Under the pieces are notes generated by a model, which saw only the letters and a list, made by a program, of their open reading frames with translations, was not told the origin of the DNA and made no database searches. Below are positions 1 to 8,154 of a stretch of 64,000 bases of DNA, one piece after another; position 1 is the stretch's first letter, and every line of letters starts with the position of its first letter. The stretch spans positions 3,057 through 67,056 of the forward strand of contig JAKPGJ010000038.1 in the NCBI GenBank assembly GCA_029550965.1, in the 5' to 3' direction. The position numbers were made by a program, and so were the translations under genes. The stretch is from Bacillota bacterium (lineage in GTDB: Bacteria > Bacillota > Clostridia > Oscillospirales > CAG-382).

Positions 1-2713
1 CGGCGATCTGCCCGCTGTTTTCCGAAAGCGAATATTCTCTTGACACGTCGCTGTCCGTTCCGCCGTTTCCGATTACGATATCGCTTACCTTCTCGCGGAA
101 AACCGCAAGATATTTGTTGGTTTCGGCGTTGATTATGTATTGATCGGTAAAGAGAAGCCCGCCCGAAATGAGAAGGCATTTCTCCGCGCTGTTCTCGCTG
201 ATTTTCTCAAAACGGTCGGTGAGAAAAACGCTGCTGCCCACCGCGAGCATATTGCTTCCGAAAGCGAAGCTCTTCTCGAACGTGCCGACCGGCAGCGTCA
301 TTTCCGAAAGTTCGCCGGTTCTTATGTCAAATACGTTGACGGACCTGGTATTGTCTCGGCTGGACAGCAGATACAGATACGCGCCGTCCGGCGTGACAAA
401 CGCTTTGTCCGCGTTGATGGTCAGGCTGGCGAGCGTGGTCTTCTTGCCTGTGTTCAGGTCATACTTCTTCAGACTTTTTCCGCTTGCGTAATACAGGAAA
501 GTATCATACAGCACTACCGCGGAGATATTTTCTCCCATGTCGATTATGCTCTCGACAGGATTTGTCTGGTTGAGAATACGGCCGCGGTTCAGCTTGGTTA
601 CCGAACTGTCGTGGAAAATCAGAAGGTAATCGTCCCAGAACGCGTACCCGTTCGCTTTTCCGATGTTGATGAACTTCTTGGAAACCGTCGGATTATTGAC
701 GTCGTATATCCGGATTCCCTGAATATTCTGCGAGTACAAAGCGATATACCCGTTCGGCTGGTCCACGATCGCCTTCGCGTTTATGAAATCCGACTGGTAG
801 GAAGCGGAGTTCCCGTTTTGTATGGTAAAGTTATAGGTTCTGGACTTGCTCTTGTTGCCGTTGTAAACCACCAGCTTATGCCGGCCGCTGGTTCCCACGA
901 CAATCTCGCCGCTGAACGCGGACCCGTTCAACGTAGCGGACCCGGTTCCGATCACGCGGATGCAGACCGCGGTGTCGTACACGCCGTTGTCCGTCACGCC
1001 GGAAACATACGGCAGTTCGAAATTCAACGTGATGCGTTTTGTAATCGTGTTGCTGTACTCGCCGGTCAATTCAAACACATGCTCGCCGGACGCGGTTATA
1101 TGCTGTCCGGATGCGTACGGAAAACCGTCGAGCGTTGCGGTGCCGCGCTTAAAGGTAAAGACGGCGTAGCTGCTTTCTTCCTTATATTCATAGCTCAGCG
1201 GGCTGTTGTCGACGGTGAAGCGGATGGTCTTGGAATACTCGCCGTCCGAAACGACAAGCGTGTGGGAACCGTTCTCATAGACCACTTCGCCGCTGTTGAT
1301 GGGAATCCCGTCCAGCGTAGCGCTTCCGCGGTTAAAGCGAATCGTAACGCTGCTGTAATAGGTCTCGCCGTCGGCCACGCCGGTGACGATCGGGTAATTG
1401 ACGTTCTTTAAAATCTTCAGCGCGTTGATGACGCCGTATCCGTAATAGTCGGTGCGCTTGACGGTCGAAATGCTTCTTAAAAGCGACATAAACTCTTCCG
1501 AACCGAACCGGACCGAATCGTTCAAGTAGGACGCCGCGAGCGCCGCGATGCCGGATACATAAGCGGCCGAGTACGAAGTGCCGTTCCGGAGCGTGTAGGC
1601 GCTTTTATCGTCGGTATACAGCATGACAAAAATGTCCTCGCCCGGCGCCGCGATGTCAACGGCGTCGTTGTGCTGCGAAAACTTGCTTACGTTTCCGTTG
1701 ATGTCCACCGACGCGACGCTGATAACCCCGTCGTACGAAGCCGGGTACATTTTCTCGGAGCCGGACAGCGTTTCGCCTTCGTTGCCTGCGGACGAAACCA
1801 GAATGCAGCCCTTTCGCAAAGCGTAGTTGACCGCTTCCCGCTCGGCGTCGGAGGAGGAATAGCTGCCCAAAGACATATTGATGACCTTCGCGCCGGCGTC
1901 GGCGGCAAACCGGATGCCCGCGATCAGGTTCGACGAATAAATCGTAGTCGAAGCGGTGGAAACCCTGACCGGCATAATGGACACGCTGTACGCGACGCCC
2001 GCGCTGCCCTTGCCGTTGTTCGCGGTAGCGGCAATCAGACCGCAGATTTCGGTGCCGTGTCCGCTGGTGTCGATGGAAACCCCCACTGTTTTCGTAACCG
2101 TATCATAGCCGGCGACAATGTTCGTGCCGGCAAAATCCTCATGCCTTCTCTCGATGCCCGTATCCAAAACCGCGACGACGACCTCGCTTTTGCCCGTCGT
2201 ATAATCCCAGGCTCTGAAAATATCCATTTTTCCGAAAGCCCAGGTTTCGGGCAGATACGGGTCGTTCGTGACCGCAGCCGTCGTGCGGATTAAATCCTCG
2301 CTGATATAGCTGATGTAATTTCTATATTTTTCGGCAAACGCGCCGTAGTCGTCGATCCGTATCCGGAACAGCCTGTCGGAACTGTCGGCAAGCAGGCTGA
2401 AGTCCATATCTTTGACAATCTTATAGATGTCGTAAAGCGACAACGCGTCGCTGAATTTGACGACATAGGCTTGCTTTCCGCTTTGGTCTTCGCCGCCGTA
2501 CGAGGCGTAGTAGCGGTTGAGCGCGACAGTTCTTTTCGGTGCGTTCTCGATTGCTTCTTCGAATGGGGCGCGAGCGTTCTTAAGCGCTTCGTTGCGCAGC
2601 GCGTCAAACTCGCCGAAAGGATTGAGCGTCGCTTCAAACGCCTCCGCAGTGAAAATGAGTTGCGGGAGCAGTAAAAAAAGCGCGACAAGAAAAGCTATAA
2701 AACGCTTTTTCAT
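1..2713 (-). CDS. Secreted subtilisin-like serine peptidase (S8 family). It has a signal peptide, a propeptide, a catalytic domain, three ~60-aa tandem repeat modules and a further repeat-rich C-terminal region. The 3' end runs off the window.
   Basis: Hand translation of the minus strand from ATG at 2713, with a GAGGAG RBS upstream, gives MKKRFIAFLVALFLLLPQ... Catalytic triad contexts are VAVLDTGI (Asp), SGHGTEI (His) and NGTSYSAAYVSG (Ser). The frame stays open to position 1, so the gene is absent from the supplied ORF track. Confidence 0.85.
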   Translation of the reverse strand, partial: MKKRFIAFLVALFLLLPQLIFTAEAFEATLNPFGEFDALRNEALKNARAPFEEAIENAPKRTVALNRYYASYGGEDQSGKQAYVVKFSDALSLYDIYKIVKDMDFSLLADSSDRLFRIRIDDYGAFAEKYRNYISYISEDLIRTTAAVTNDPYLPETWAFGKMDIFRAWDYTTGKSEVVVAVLDTGIERRHEDFAGTNIVAGYDTVTKTVGVSIDTSGHGTEICGLIAATANNGKGSAGVAYSVSIMPVRVSTASTTIYSSNLIAGIRFAADAGAKVINMSLGSYSSSDAEREAVNYALRKGCILVSSAGNEGETLSGSEKMYPASYDGVISVASVDINGNVSKFSQHNDAVDIAAPGEDIFVMLYTDDKSAYTLRNGTSYSAAYVSGIAALAASYLNDSVRFGSEEFMSLLRSISTVKRTDYYGYGVINALKILKNVNYPIVTGVADGETYYSSVTIRFNRGSATLDGIPINSGEVVYENGSHTLVVSDGEYSKTIRFTVDNSPLSYEYKEESSYAVFTFKRGTATLDGFPYASGQHITASGEHVFELTGEYSNTITKRITLNFELPYVSGVTDNGVYDTAVCIRVIGTGSATLNGSAFSGEIVVGTSGRHKLVVYNGNKSKSRTYNFTIQNGNSASYQSDFINAKAIVDQPNGYIALYSQNIQGIRIYDVNNPTVSKKFINIGKANGYAFWDDYLLIFHDSSVTKLNRGRILNQTNPVESIIDMGENISAVVLYDTFLYYASGKSLKKYDLNTGKKTTLASLTINADKAFVTPDGAYLYLLSSRDNTRSVNVFDIRTGELSEMTLPVGTFEKSFAFGSNMLAVGSSVFLTDRFEKISENSAEKCLLISGGLLFTDQYIINAETNKYLAVFREKVSDIVIGNGGTDSDVSREYSLSENSGQIA

Positions 2714-2730
2714 TTCTCTGACTCCTCACC

Positions 2731-3465
2731 TCATTCGAATTCTTTGTATATCTTCTCCATCTCTTCGCTGTAAACGGTATGGCTCTTGTCCGCGTAAACG
2801 CAGAGGTCGGGCTCTATCTTCAGCCCTTCCCGCGCGTCTTTCTTGCCTTCTATCAGCACCAGCGAAGGCGGTTTTCCGCAGGACGGAACCACAAACCGCA
2901 TTCTTTTCGGCTCAATGCGGTGGCTGCGCAGCGAAAACAACAGCCCCGCCAGTCTTTCCGGACGGTAAACCGCAAAGAACTTCCCGCCCGACTTCAAGCA
3001 CCAGGAAGCAGCCCCGCAGATATCGTCGATACTGCAAAAAACCTCGTGAAACGCGATGTTCTTCTGGTCCGACGCGTTCTTTTTGCCGCAGGTGGTTTTT
3101 AGATAAGGCGGATTGGTAAAGACCACGTCGCAGCTTCCGGCTTCGAAATACTTCTTTATTTCCCGAATATCGCCCTGTATAATCTTAAAGCTCTCTAAAA
3201 GGCCGTTTTTTTCAGCGTTCATTTCCGCAGCCCGGCAGTACTCGGGCTGTATCTCGATTCCGGTGATGTTCGCCCGGCACCCGCCGCTCAGAAGCAGCAG
3301 CGGTATAATGCCGCTGCCGGTTCCCAGCTCCGCGCCGGTTCCTTTTTTAAAGCTTTTCATGAAATGCGCGAGCAGAAGAGCGTCGGTACCGAAATAGATA
3401 CCGCCTTCCGGTTCGTATAATACAAGTTTTCGGTTTATCATGGACTGCTTCATATTTAATTCCAT
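2731..3465 (-). CDS. SAM-dependent N6-adenine methyltransferase, tRNA1(Val) m6A37 methyltransferase-like (YfiC/TrmN6 family)
   Basis: 244-aa ORF with a SAM-binding loop (AELGTGSGIIPLLL) and the catalytic VFTNPPY motif. It ends 17 nt upstream of the protease start. Confidence 0.75.
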   Translation of the reverse strand: MELNMKQSMINRKLVLYEPEGGIYFGTDALLLAHFMKSFKKGTGAELGTGSGIIPLLLLSGGCRANITGIEIQPEYCRAAEMNAEKNGLLESFKIIQGDIREIKKYFEAGSCDVVFTNPPYLKTTCGKKNASDQKNIAFHEVFCSIDDICGAASWCLKSGGKFFAVYRPERLAGLLFSLRSHRIEPKRMRFVVPSCGKPPSLVLIEGKKDAREGLKIEPDLCVYADKSHTVYSEEMEKIYKEFE

Positions 3466-3617
3466 TATATAACACAGAATATTAATTAAAAAAGTTGCAA
3501 ATATTAGATAATAATTAACAATTGTTTAAAATCTGATAATAAAACTAACGCGCCCATAAATGAATTTGACGATCATCCATGGACGCGAATTAGTTTTCTG
3601 TTTTTACAGAAGCGGAT

Positions 3618-3794
3618 TTATTCTCCTTTAATTGCTTCGACAGGGCATACGCTTGCGCAAGCGGCGCAGTCAACGCACTTCTCAGCATCAATTTCATATT
3701 TTCCGTCGTCTGCAACAGAGATGGCGCCTGTGGGGCATTCAGCCTCGCATGTGCCGCATCCGATACATTCGTCTTTATTTATCGAATGAGCCAT
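3618..3794 (-). CDS. fdx: Clostridial-type 2x[4Fe-4S] ferredoxin (58 aa)
   Basis: Below the ORF-track size cutoff. Hand translation gives MAHSINKDECIGCGTCEAECPTGAISVADDGKYEIDAEKCVDCAACASVCPVEAIKGE*. It has two CxxCxxCxxxCP motifs and a GGAGG RBS about 9 nt upstream of the ATG. Confidence 0.85.
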   Translation of the reverse strand: MAHSINKDECIGCGTCEAECPTGAISVADDGKYEIDAEKCVDCAACASVCPVEAIKGE

Positions 3795-3829
3795 TTATAT
3801 GTACCTCCGTGTAAAATTTTGTTTGTTTT

Positions 3830-3858
3830 ATAGTACCACACCAGTATATGTTTTTCAA
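3830..3858 (-). promoter_or_regulatory. Putative sigma-A promoter for the ferredoxin gene
   Basis: Minus strand reads TTGAAA (3858-3853), a 17-nt spacer, then TACTAT (3835-3830), about 35 nt upstream of the ferredoxin ATG. Confidence 0.45.
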
Positions 3859-3906
3859 GTGCTTTTTGTTAAGTTTATGAAGGAAATCAATCACTATATA
3901 AAAAAC

Positions 3907-5172
3907 TTACCCGTTTCCGAGCGCGTCATTCAGGTCCTCGATGATATCCTCCGCGCTTTCGATGCCGACCGAGAGCCGGATCATGCCCGGATTGATGCCG
4001 GCGGCGACCAGCTGCTCGTCCGTAAGCTGTCTGTGGGTTTCCGAGGCGGGGTGCAGCACGCAGGTCTGAACCGTCGCGACGTGCACGACGTTTTTGCACA
4101 GTTTCAGGCTGTCCATGACCTTAACGGCGGCCTGCTTTCCGCCTTTTACGGTGAACGAGATAACGCCGGCGCAGCCGTTCGGCAGATACTTCTGCGCGAG
4201 CGCGTGATACCTGCTGCTCTTTAAGCCCGGATAATTGACCTGCTCGACTTTCGGATGCTTCTCTAAAAACTTTGCGACGACGAGCGCGTTTTGCGAATGC
4301 CGCTCCATGCGCAAATGCAGCGTCTGCAAGCCGAGGTCCAGATAAAACGCGTTGGTTGCCGACGGATAAACGCCCAAATCCCGAACCAGCTGAACCCTTG
4401 CTTTGGTGATATAGGCGGCTTTTCCGAACTGTTTTGTGTATATGACGCCGTGGTAGGATGCGTCCGGCTCCGTAAACTCGGGGAACTTTCCGTTTGTCCA
4501 GTCGAAGTTGCCGCTGTCGACGATCGCGCCGCCCACCGAAACCGCGTGCCCTTCCATGTACTTGGTCGTAGAATAGACCACGATATCCGCGCCGAACTCA
4601 AAAGGACGGCAAAGCACCGCGGTCGGGAACGTGTTGTCGATAATCAGCGGGACGCCGTGCTTATGCGCGATGCGCGCGAACTTCTCGATATCCAAAACGC
4701 CGAGCGCCGGGTTGGCAAGGGTTTCGCCGAAAACCGCTTTTGTGTTCGGGCGGAACGCTTTTTCGATTTCCGCTTCCGGCGCGTCCGGGTCCACAAACGT
4801 ACATTCGATTCCGAGCTTCTTCATGGTTACCGCGAACAGGTTGATGGTTCCGCCGTATATGGTCGCGGACGCGATAAAGTGGTCGCCGGCGCCGAGTATG
4901 TTGAACAGCGACAAAAAGGTCGCCGTCTGGCCGGAGGTCGTGCAGAGCGCGCCGACGCCGCCTTCCAGCGCGGCAATTTTCTCCTCGACATAGCTTACCG
5001 TCGGGTTCGAGATTCTGGAATACATGTGCCCCTCGGCGGCGAGGTCAAACAATTTGCCGATATGCTCGGTGGAATCGTATGTAAACGTCGTGCTCTGATA
5101 AATCGGGAGCGCAAGCGGCTCGCCGTTGCCGGATTGATAGCCGGCGTGAATACATTGTGTTTCTTTTCTCAT
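3907..5172 (-). CDS. metY: O-acetylhomoserine sulfhydrylase / aminocarboxypropyltransferase (PLP-dependent, Cys/Met metabolism family)
   Basis: The ORF-track ORF is 3907..5205. I prefer the ATG at 5172 (MRKETQCIHAGYQSGNGEP...), which is preceded by a GGGAAAAGGG purine tract. The TTG at 5205 lacks an RBS. The protein shows family-typical length and motifs (CIHAGY N-terminus, STTKYMEGH lysine region). Confidence 0.85.
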   Translation of the reverse strand: MRKETQCIHAGYQSGNGEPLALPIYQSTTFTYDSTEHIGKLFDLAAEGHMYSRISNPTVSYVEEKIAALEGGVGALCTTSGQTATFLSLFNILGAGDHFIASATIYGGTINLFAVTMKKLGIECTFVDPDAPEAEIEKAFRPNTKAVFGETLANPALGVLDIEKFARIAHKHGVPLIIDNTFPTAVLCRPFEFGADIVVYSTTKYMEGHAVSVGGAIVDSGNFDWTNGKFPEFTEPDASYHGVIYTKQFGKAAYITKARVQLVRDLGVYPSATNAFYLDLGLQTLHLRMERHSQNALVVAKFLEKHPKVEQVNYPGLKSSRYHALAQKYLPNGCAGVISFTVKGGKQAAVKVMDSLKLCKNVVHVATVQTCVLHPASETHRQLTDEQLVAAGINPGMIRLSVGIESAEDIIEDLNDALGNG

Positions 5173-5220
5173 ACCAAAAACCCTTTTCCCTGTTTTTTCG
5201 CGCAAAAACCGCTATACGTG

Positions 5221-5248
5221 TTTTTCGGTCGGGAAACCCGACCGAAAA
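5221..5248. other. Perfect hairpin between the membrane-protein gene and metY (not a canonical terminator)
   Basis: The sequence is TTTTTCGGTCGGG-AAA-CCCGACCGAAAA. A GC-rich stem is flanked by A/T runs, but no U-tract follows the stem on the transcribed (minus) strand. Confidence 0.4.
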
Positions 5249-5266
5249 CAATTTATAATTCATTAT

Positions 5267-6175
5267 TTAGTCTCGAAACATCGGGGCTATTTTTGTCCAG
5301 TCCGAGCTGGAGGAAATCTTTATCTCGTTCCTTCGATAAATGTCATAGGTGAAAATCAGATCCATATACTCTTCGACGATTACCGCGTTGAGGTTGGTGT
5401 TGGTGACGACGCCGAAAAGACTGCTGATAGCCTCTCGGTTCTTCTTGGTTCCGGGGTCGGTAAAGAACTGGGTAAATACCGCCTCGTACAGCTGCTTGGT
5501 GAGCACATGGTACTCCTCGTTGTTCGTCGTCGGGTTGTAAGCCATAATCTTGTGCACCAGCTCGCCGTCCAGCTTATTGTCGCCAGCCGGCACGACAACC
5601 TCGGGCGTCGAAGTATCGCCGAACGGGTCCTGCGGATTCTCCGCGTTCGGGTCCGCATAGCGGATCTCGTTCGGAAGGTTGAACTTCGCGTTCGTAAACC
5701 TGTCCGCGATCGCGGCAAGCTCGTCTTCGCCTAAAATGGCGTAATAGTCAATCCGGACGCCCAGCAGGGACGACAGCTTGTTCAGCGCGGAACTGCCATC
5801 GATTCGTGCGAGGAGGTATTTCAGCGGCTCGTTCTTGCCGATATTGTTGCTGGCTGTGGTATCGGTCGGGATAAAGCAGTAGGTAAACGTCTGCGTGCCC
5901 TCGTTCGCGCGCATATAGATAATGCTCGCCGCGAGCCCGTCGGTCGCTTTGCCGATGATCACCGCGGTGAAAGTATTGCCGTTTATAACCGGCTCCGCGC
6001 TTTCCGTATCGGAGGTTTCGACGGGGTCAGTGCTGGAAATATCTGTATTCGAGGTATCTGTCGGGTTTTCCGTCTCGTCGGTGATTAAAGGATAAACCAA
6101 AAAAACGCCAAGCAGTCCGAAAACCAGCAGTCCGATTCCGAACGTGATGCAGAAATTTTTAAACGCGCTCGACAA
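5267..6175 (-). CDS. Membrane-anchored extracytoplasmic protein, distantly LytR-CpsA-Psr (LCP)-like. Function is uncertain.
   Basis: 302-aa ORF with a TTG start after TAAGGAG, an N-terminal TM helix (ITFGIGLLVFGLLGVFLVY) and a low-complexity T/S/E linker. The segments TAVIIGKATDGLAASIIYMR...FIPTDT and RIDYYAILGEDEL resemble LCP-domain patterns by eye only. Confidence 0.6.
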   Translation of the reverse strand: MSSAFKNFCITFGIGLLVFGLLGVFLVYPLITDETENPTDTSNTDISSTDPVETSDTESAEPVINGNTFTAVIIGKATDGLAASIIYMRANEGTQTFTYCFIPTDTTASNNIGKNEPLKYLLARIDGSSALNKLSSLLGVRIDYYAILGEDELAAIADRFTNAKFNLPNEIRYADPNAENPQDPFGDTSTPEVVVPAGDNKLDGELVHKIMAYNPTTNNEEYHVLTKQLYEAVFTQFFTDPGTKKNREAISSLFGVVTNTNLNAVIVEEYMDLIFTYDIYRRNEIKISSSSDWTKIAPMFRD

Positions 6176-6324
6176 ATATCAGCAACTCCTTATATTTTTT
6201 ATCTGTTTTTCGCTTTTACTTTGCTTTTACAAAGTAAGATTATACTATATCTTCGGATATTTGTCAAACCAAACTTGTAAACGTATTGTAGCCCAACGCG
6301 AAATTCTCTATTTTTTATGTCTGC

Positions 6325-6353
6325 TTGACAAGGATTATTTGTTATATTATAAT
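6325..6353 (+). promoter_or_regulatory. Consensus sigma-A promoter for solute-binding lipoprotein paralog 1
   Basis: TTGACA (6325-6330), a 17-nt spacer, then TATAAT (6348-6353). AAGGAG lies before the ATG at 6395. Confidence 0.65.
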
Positions 6354-6394
6354 GAACAAATAATAGCAGATATTTTTTCTAAGGAGATTTTGCA

Positions 6395-7879
6395 ATGAAG
6401 AAACTATTGATCGTTATCGTTTCGCTAATGTTAATGCTGCCCTTGCTGGTAAGCTGCAAGACCGACACGGACGGACAAAAAGATACTTCCGCTACGCAGT
6501 CGGATGAGAAACAGATTATCGTAAAGAACATGCAGGGCAGAGAGATCGTCATTCTTTGCTGGGATTTTGGCTATAATTCAAAATCCATTCTCGGCTATAC
6601 CGGAGAAGTCATCACGAAAATTGAAAACGAAGAAGATTACTCTTCCGTCGACGTTGCGAAAGCAAAAATGCGCGCCAAAATCGAAGAAGAGTATAACTGC
6701 AAAATTACCGGCGAAGTCGTCGGCGGAGACCACAACGCGTTTACCAACCGAATCAGAAACATGGTTCAAAGCGGCGTCAAGGACTTTGACATCGTATTTG
6801 ACAACCTAACCTTCCTTTCTCCGTTTGTTTCCAGCAATATTCTGTATGACTTAAACAAAATATCGACGATAGACTTTACCAACCCCTGGTGGGACCAGAA
6901 CGCCAGAGAGGATCTGTCGATCGCCAACAGGCTCTACTTTATGTGCGGCGACCTGAATACATACGACAACGACGGAACCTGGTGCATCCTATTTAACAAA
7001 AACTTGCTGAACAACCTCAACCTGGACATCGACCTTTACCAGCTTGTTCGGGACAACCAGTGGACCTTTGACAAACTGGTCGAAATCTGCAAGAGCGCGA
7101 ACATCACCCGCGATTTAAACGGCGACGGCGTGCTGGATGAAAAAGACCAGTGGGCGTTCGGAACCGAAACCTACAACATTTTCGTTCATGTGCTCGCCGG
7201 CGGCGACAAGATCGTCAAGAAGGACGCGAACGACATTCCCTACTTTACCGTAACCGAGGAAAGCGTTTTCCGTTCGCTCGGCAAGATTCTTGAGTTCTAC
7301 AACGACCAAAACACCGTTATGGTCGGAAACGCTCCGCCCTATACCGGCAAAGGCTTCGAAAACGTCTGGGAAGCAACCGTGCATAAGGCGTTTATCGAAG
7401 GCAGAGAGCTGTTCTACATGTGCGGCCTTATCAACGTTCCTTCCTTCAGAAACATGGAGGACGATTTCGGCATTCTGCCGGTTCCCAAGATGAGCGCGGA
7501 CCAGGACAGATACTACCACACCGTTTCGGTTGCGAACATGTCGGTTCTTGCGCTTCCGCTGAACGTTGAGAACGTTGAGGACCTCGGCATCGTAATCGAG
7601 GCGATGGGCAAATATTCAAGAGAATACGTCACCCCCGCTTACTACGATATTCAGCTTAAGTACAGAGATACCCGCGACAACGAAAGCAGCGAAATGCTGG
7701 ACCTTATCTTCTCGTCCCGTACATTCGACATCGGCGCGGCTTTCAACTGGGGAAATACGCTTACCAACCTGATGCTGCTGGATATGAACTATACCTCCCG
7801 TTTTGATGCGATTATGGACGCCGCTCAGGTCGCGCTCGAACAGACCTTAGAGAGCATCAACGAGGCAACATTAGATTAG
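6395..7879 (+). CDS. Extracellular solute-binding lipoprotein (ABC transporter family-1 SBP-like), paralog 1 of 3. No adjacent permease or ATPase gene.
   Basis: 494 aa with a lipobox (LLVSC). It shares PWWDQNA, YFMCGD, DNQWTFDKLVEI and LDLIFSSRTFDIGAAFNWG motifs with the ORFs at 11230..12720 and 53335..54828. Confidence 0.8.
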   Translation: MKKLLIVIVSLMLMLPLLVSCKTDTDGQKDTSATQSDEKQIIVKNMQGREIVILCWDFGYNSKSILGYTGEVITKIENEEDYSSVDVAKAKMRAKIEEEYNCKITGEVVGGDHNAFTNRIRNMVQSGVKDFDIVFDNLTFLSPFVSSNILYDLNKISTIDFTNPWWDQNAREDLSIANRLYFMCGDLNTYDNDGTWCILFNKNLLNNLNLDIDLYQLVRDNQWTFDKLVEICKSANITRDLNGDGVLDEKDQWAFGTETYNIFVHVLAGGDKIVKKDANDIPYFTVTEESVFRSLGKILEFYNDQNTVMVGNAPPYTGKGFENVWEATVHKAFIEGRELFYMCGLINVPSFRNMEDDFGILPVPKMSADQDRYYHTVSVANMSVLALPLNVENVEDLGIVIEAMGKYSREYVTPAYYDIQLKYRDTRDNESSEMLDLIFSSRTFDIGAAFNWGNTLTNLMLLDMNYTSRFDAIMDAAQVALEQTLESINEATLD

Positions 7880-8154
7880 AATAATAACGTAATCATCCCA
7901 ACAACAGACGAAAAACCGGGGTTTTCTCCCGAAAACGCATAGCGCAGCGCCGCGATGGCAGAAAGACGGCCGTGGCGAACTGCCGGATTTGCTCGTTGAC
8001 TTTGAATAGTTATTCGCGTATCAGGTCCCGGAAACGGGACCTGATATGGAATTAATCCGCTTTACGCGGTTTGTTCATATTGATTATTTGCATTATTTTA
8101 TTTTTTTAGTTATCATAGAGTGGAGAATTACAAAATTTAGGAGAAGCAATCGAA

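Noticed and set aside
140-1411. A 423-aa + strand ORF, together with ORFs at 1670..2293 and 2517..3119.
   Set aside because: They are antisense to the clearly real S8 protease and methyltransferase genes. Their composition is Arg/Ala/Gly-rich and typical of out-of-frame reading of GC3-rich genes. They have no RBS and no recognisable domains.
5173-5266. A possible SAM (S-box) riboswitch or T-box upstream of metY.
   Set aside because: Only about 95 nt are available and they contain a single simple hairpin. None of the conserved S-box helices or T-box elements is visible.
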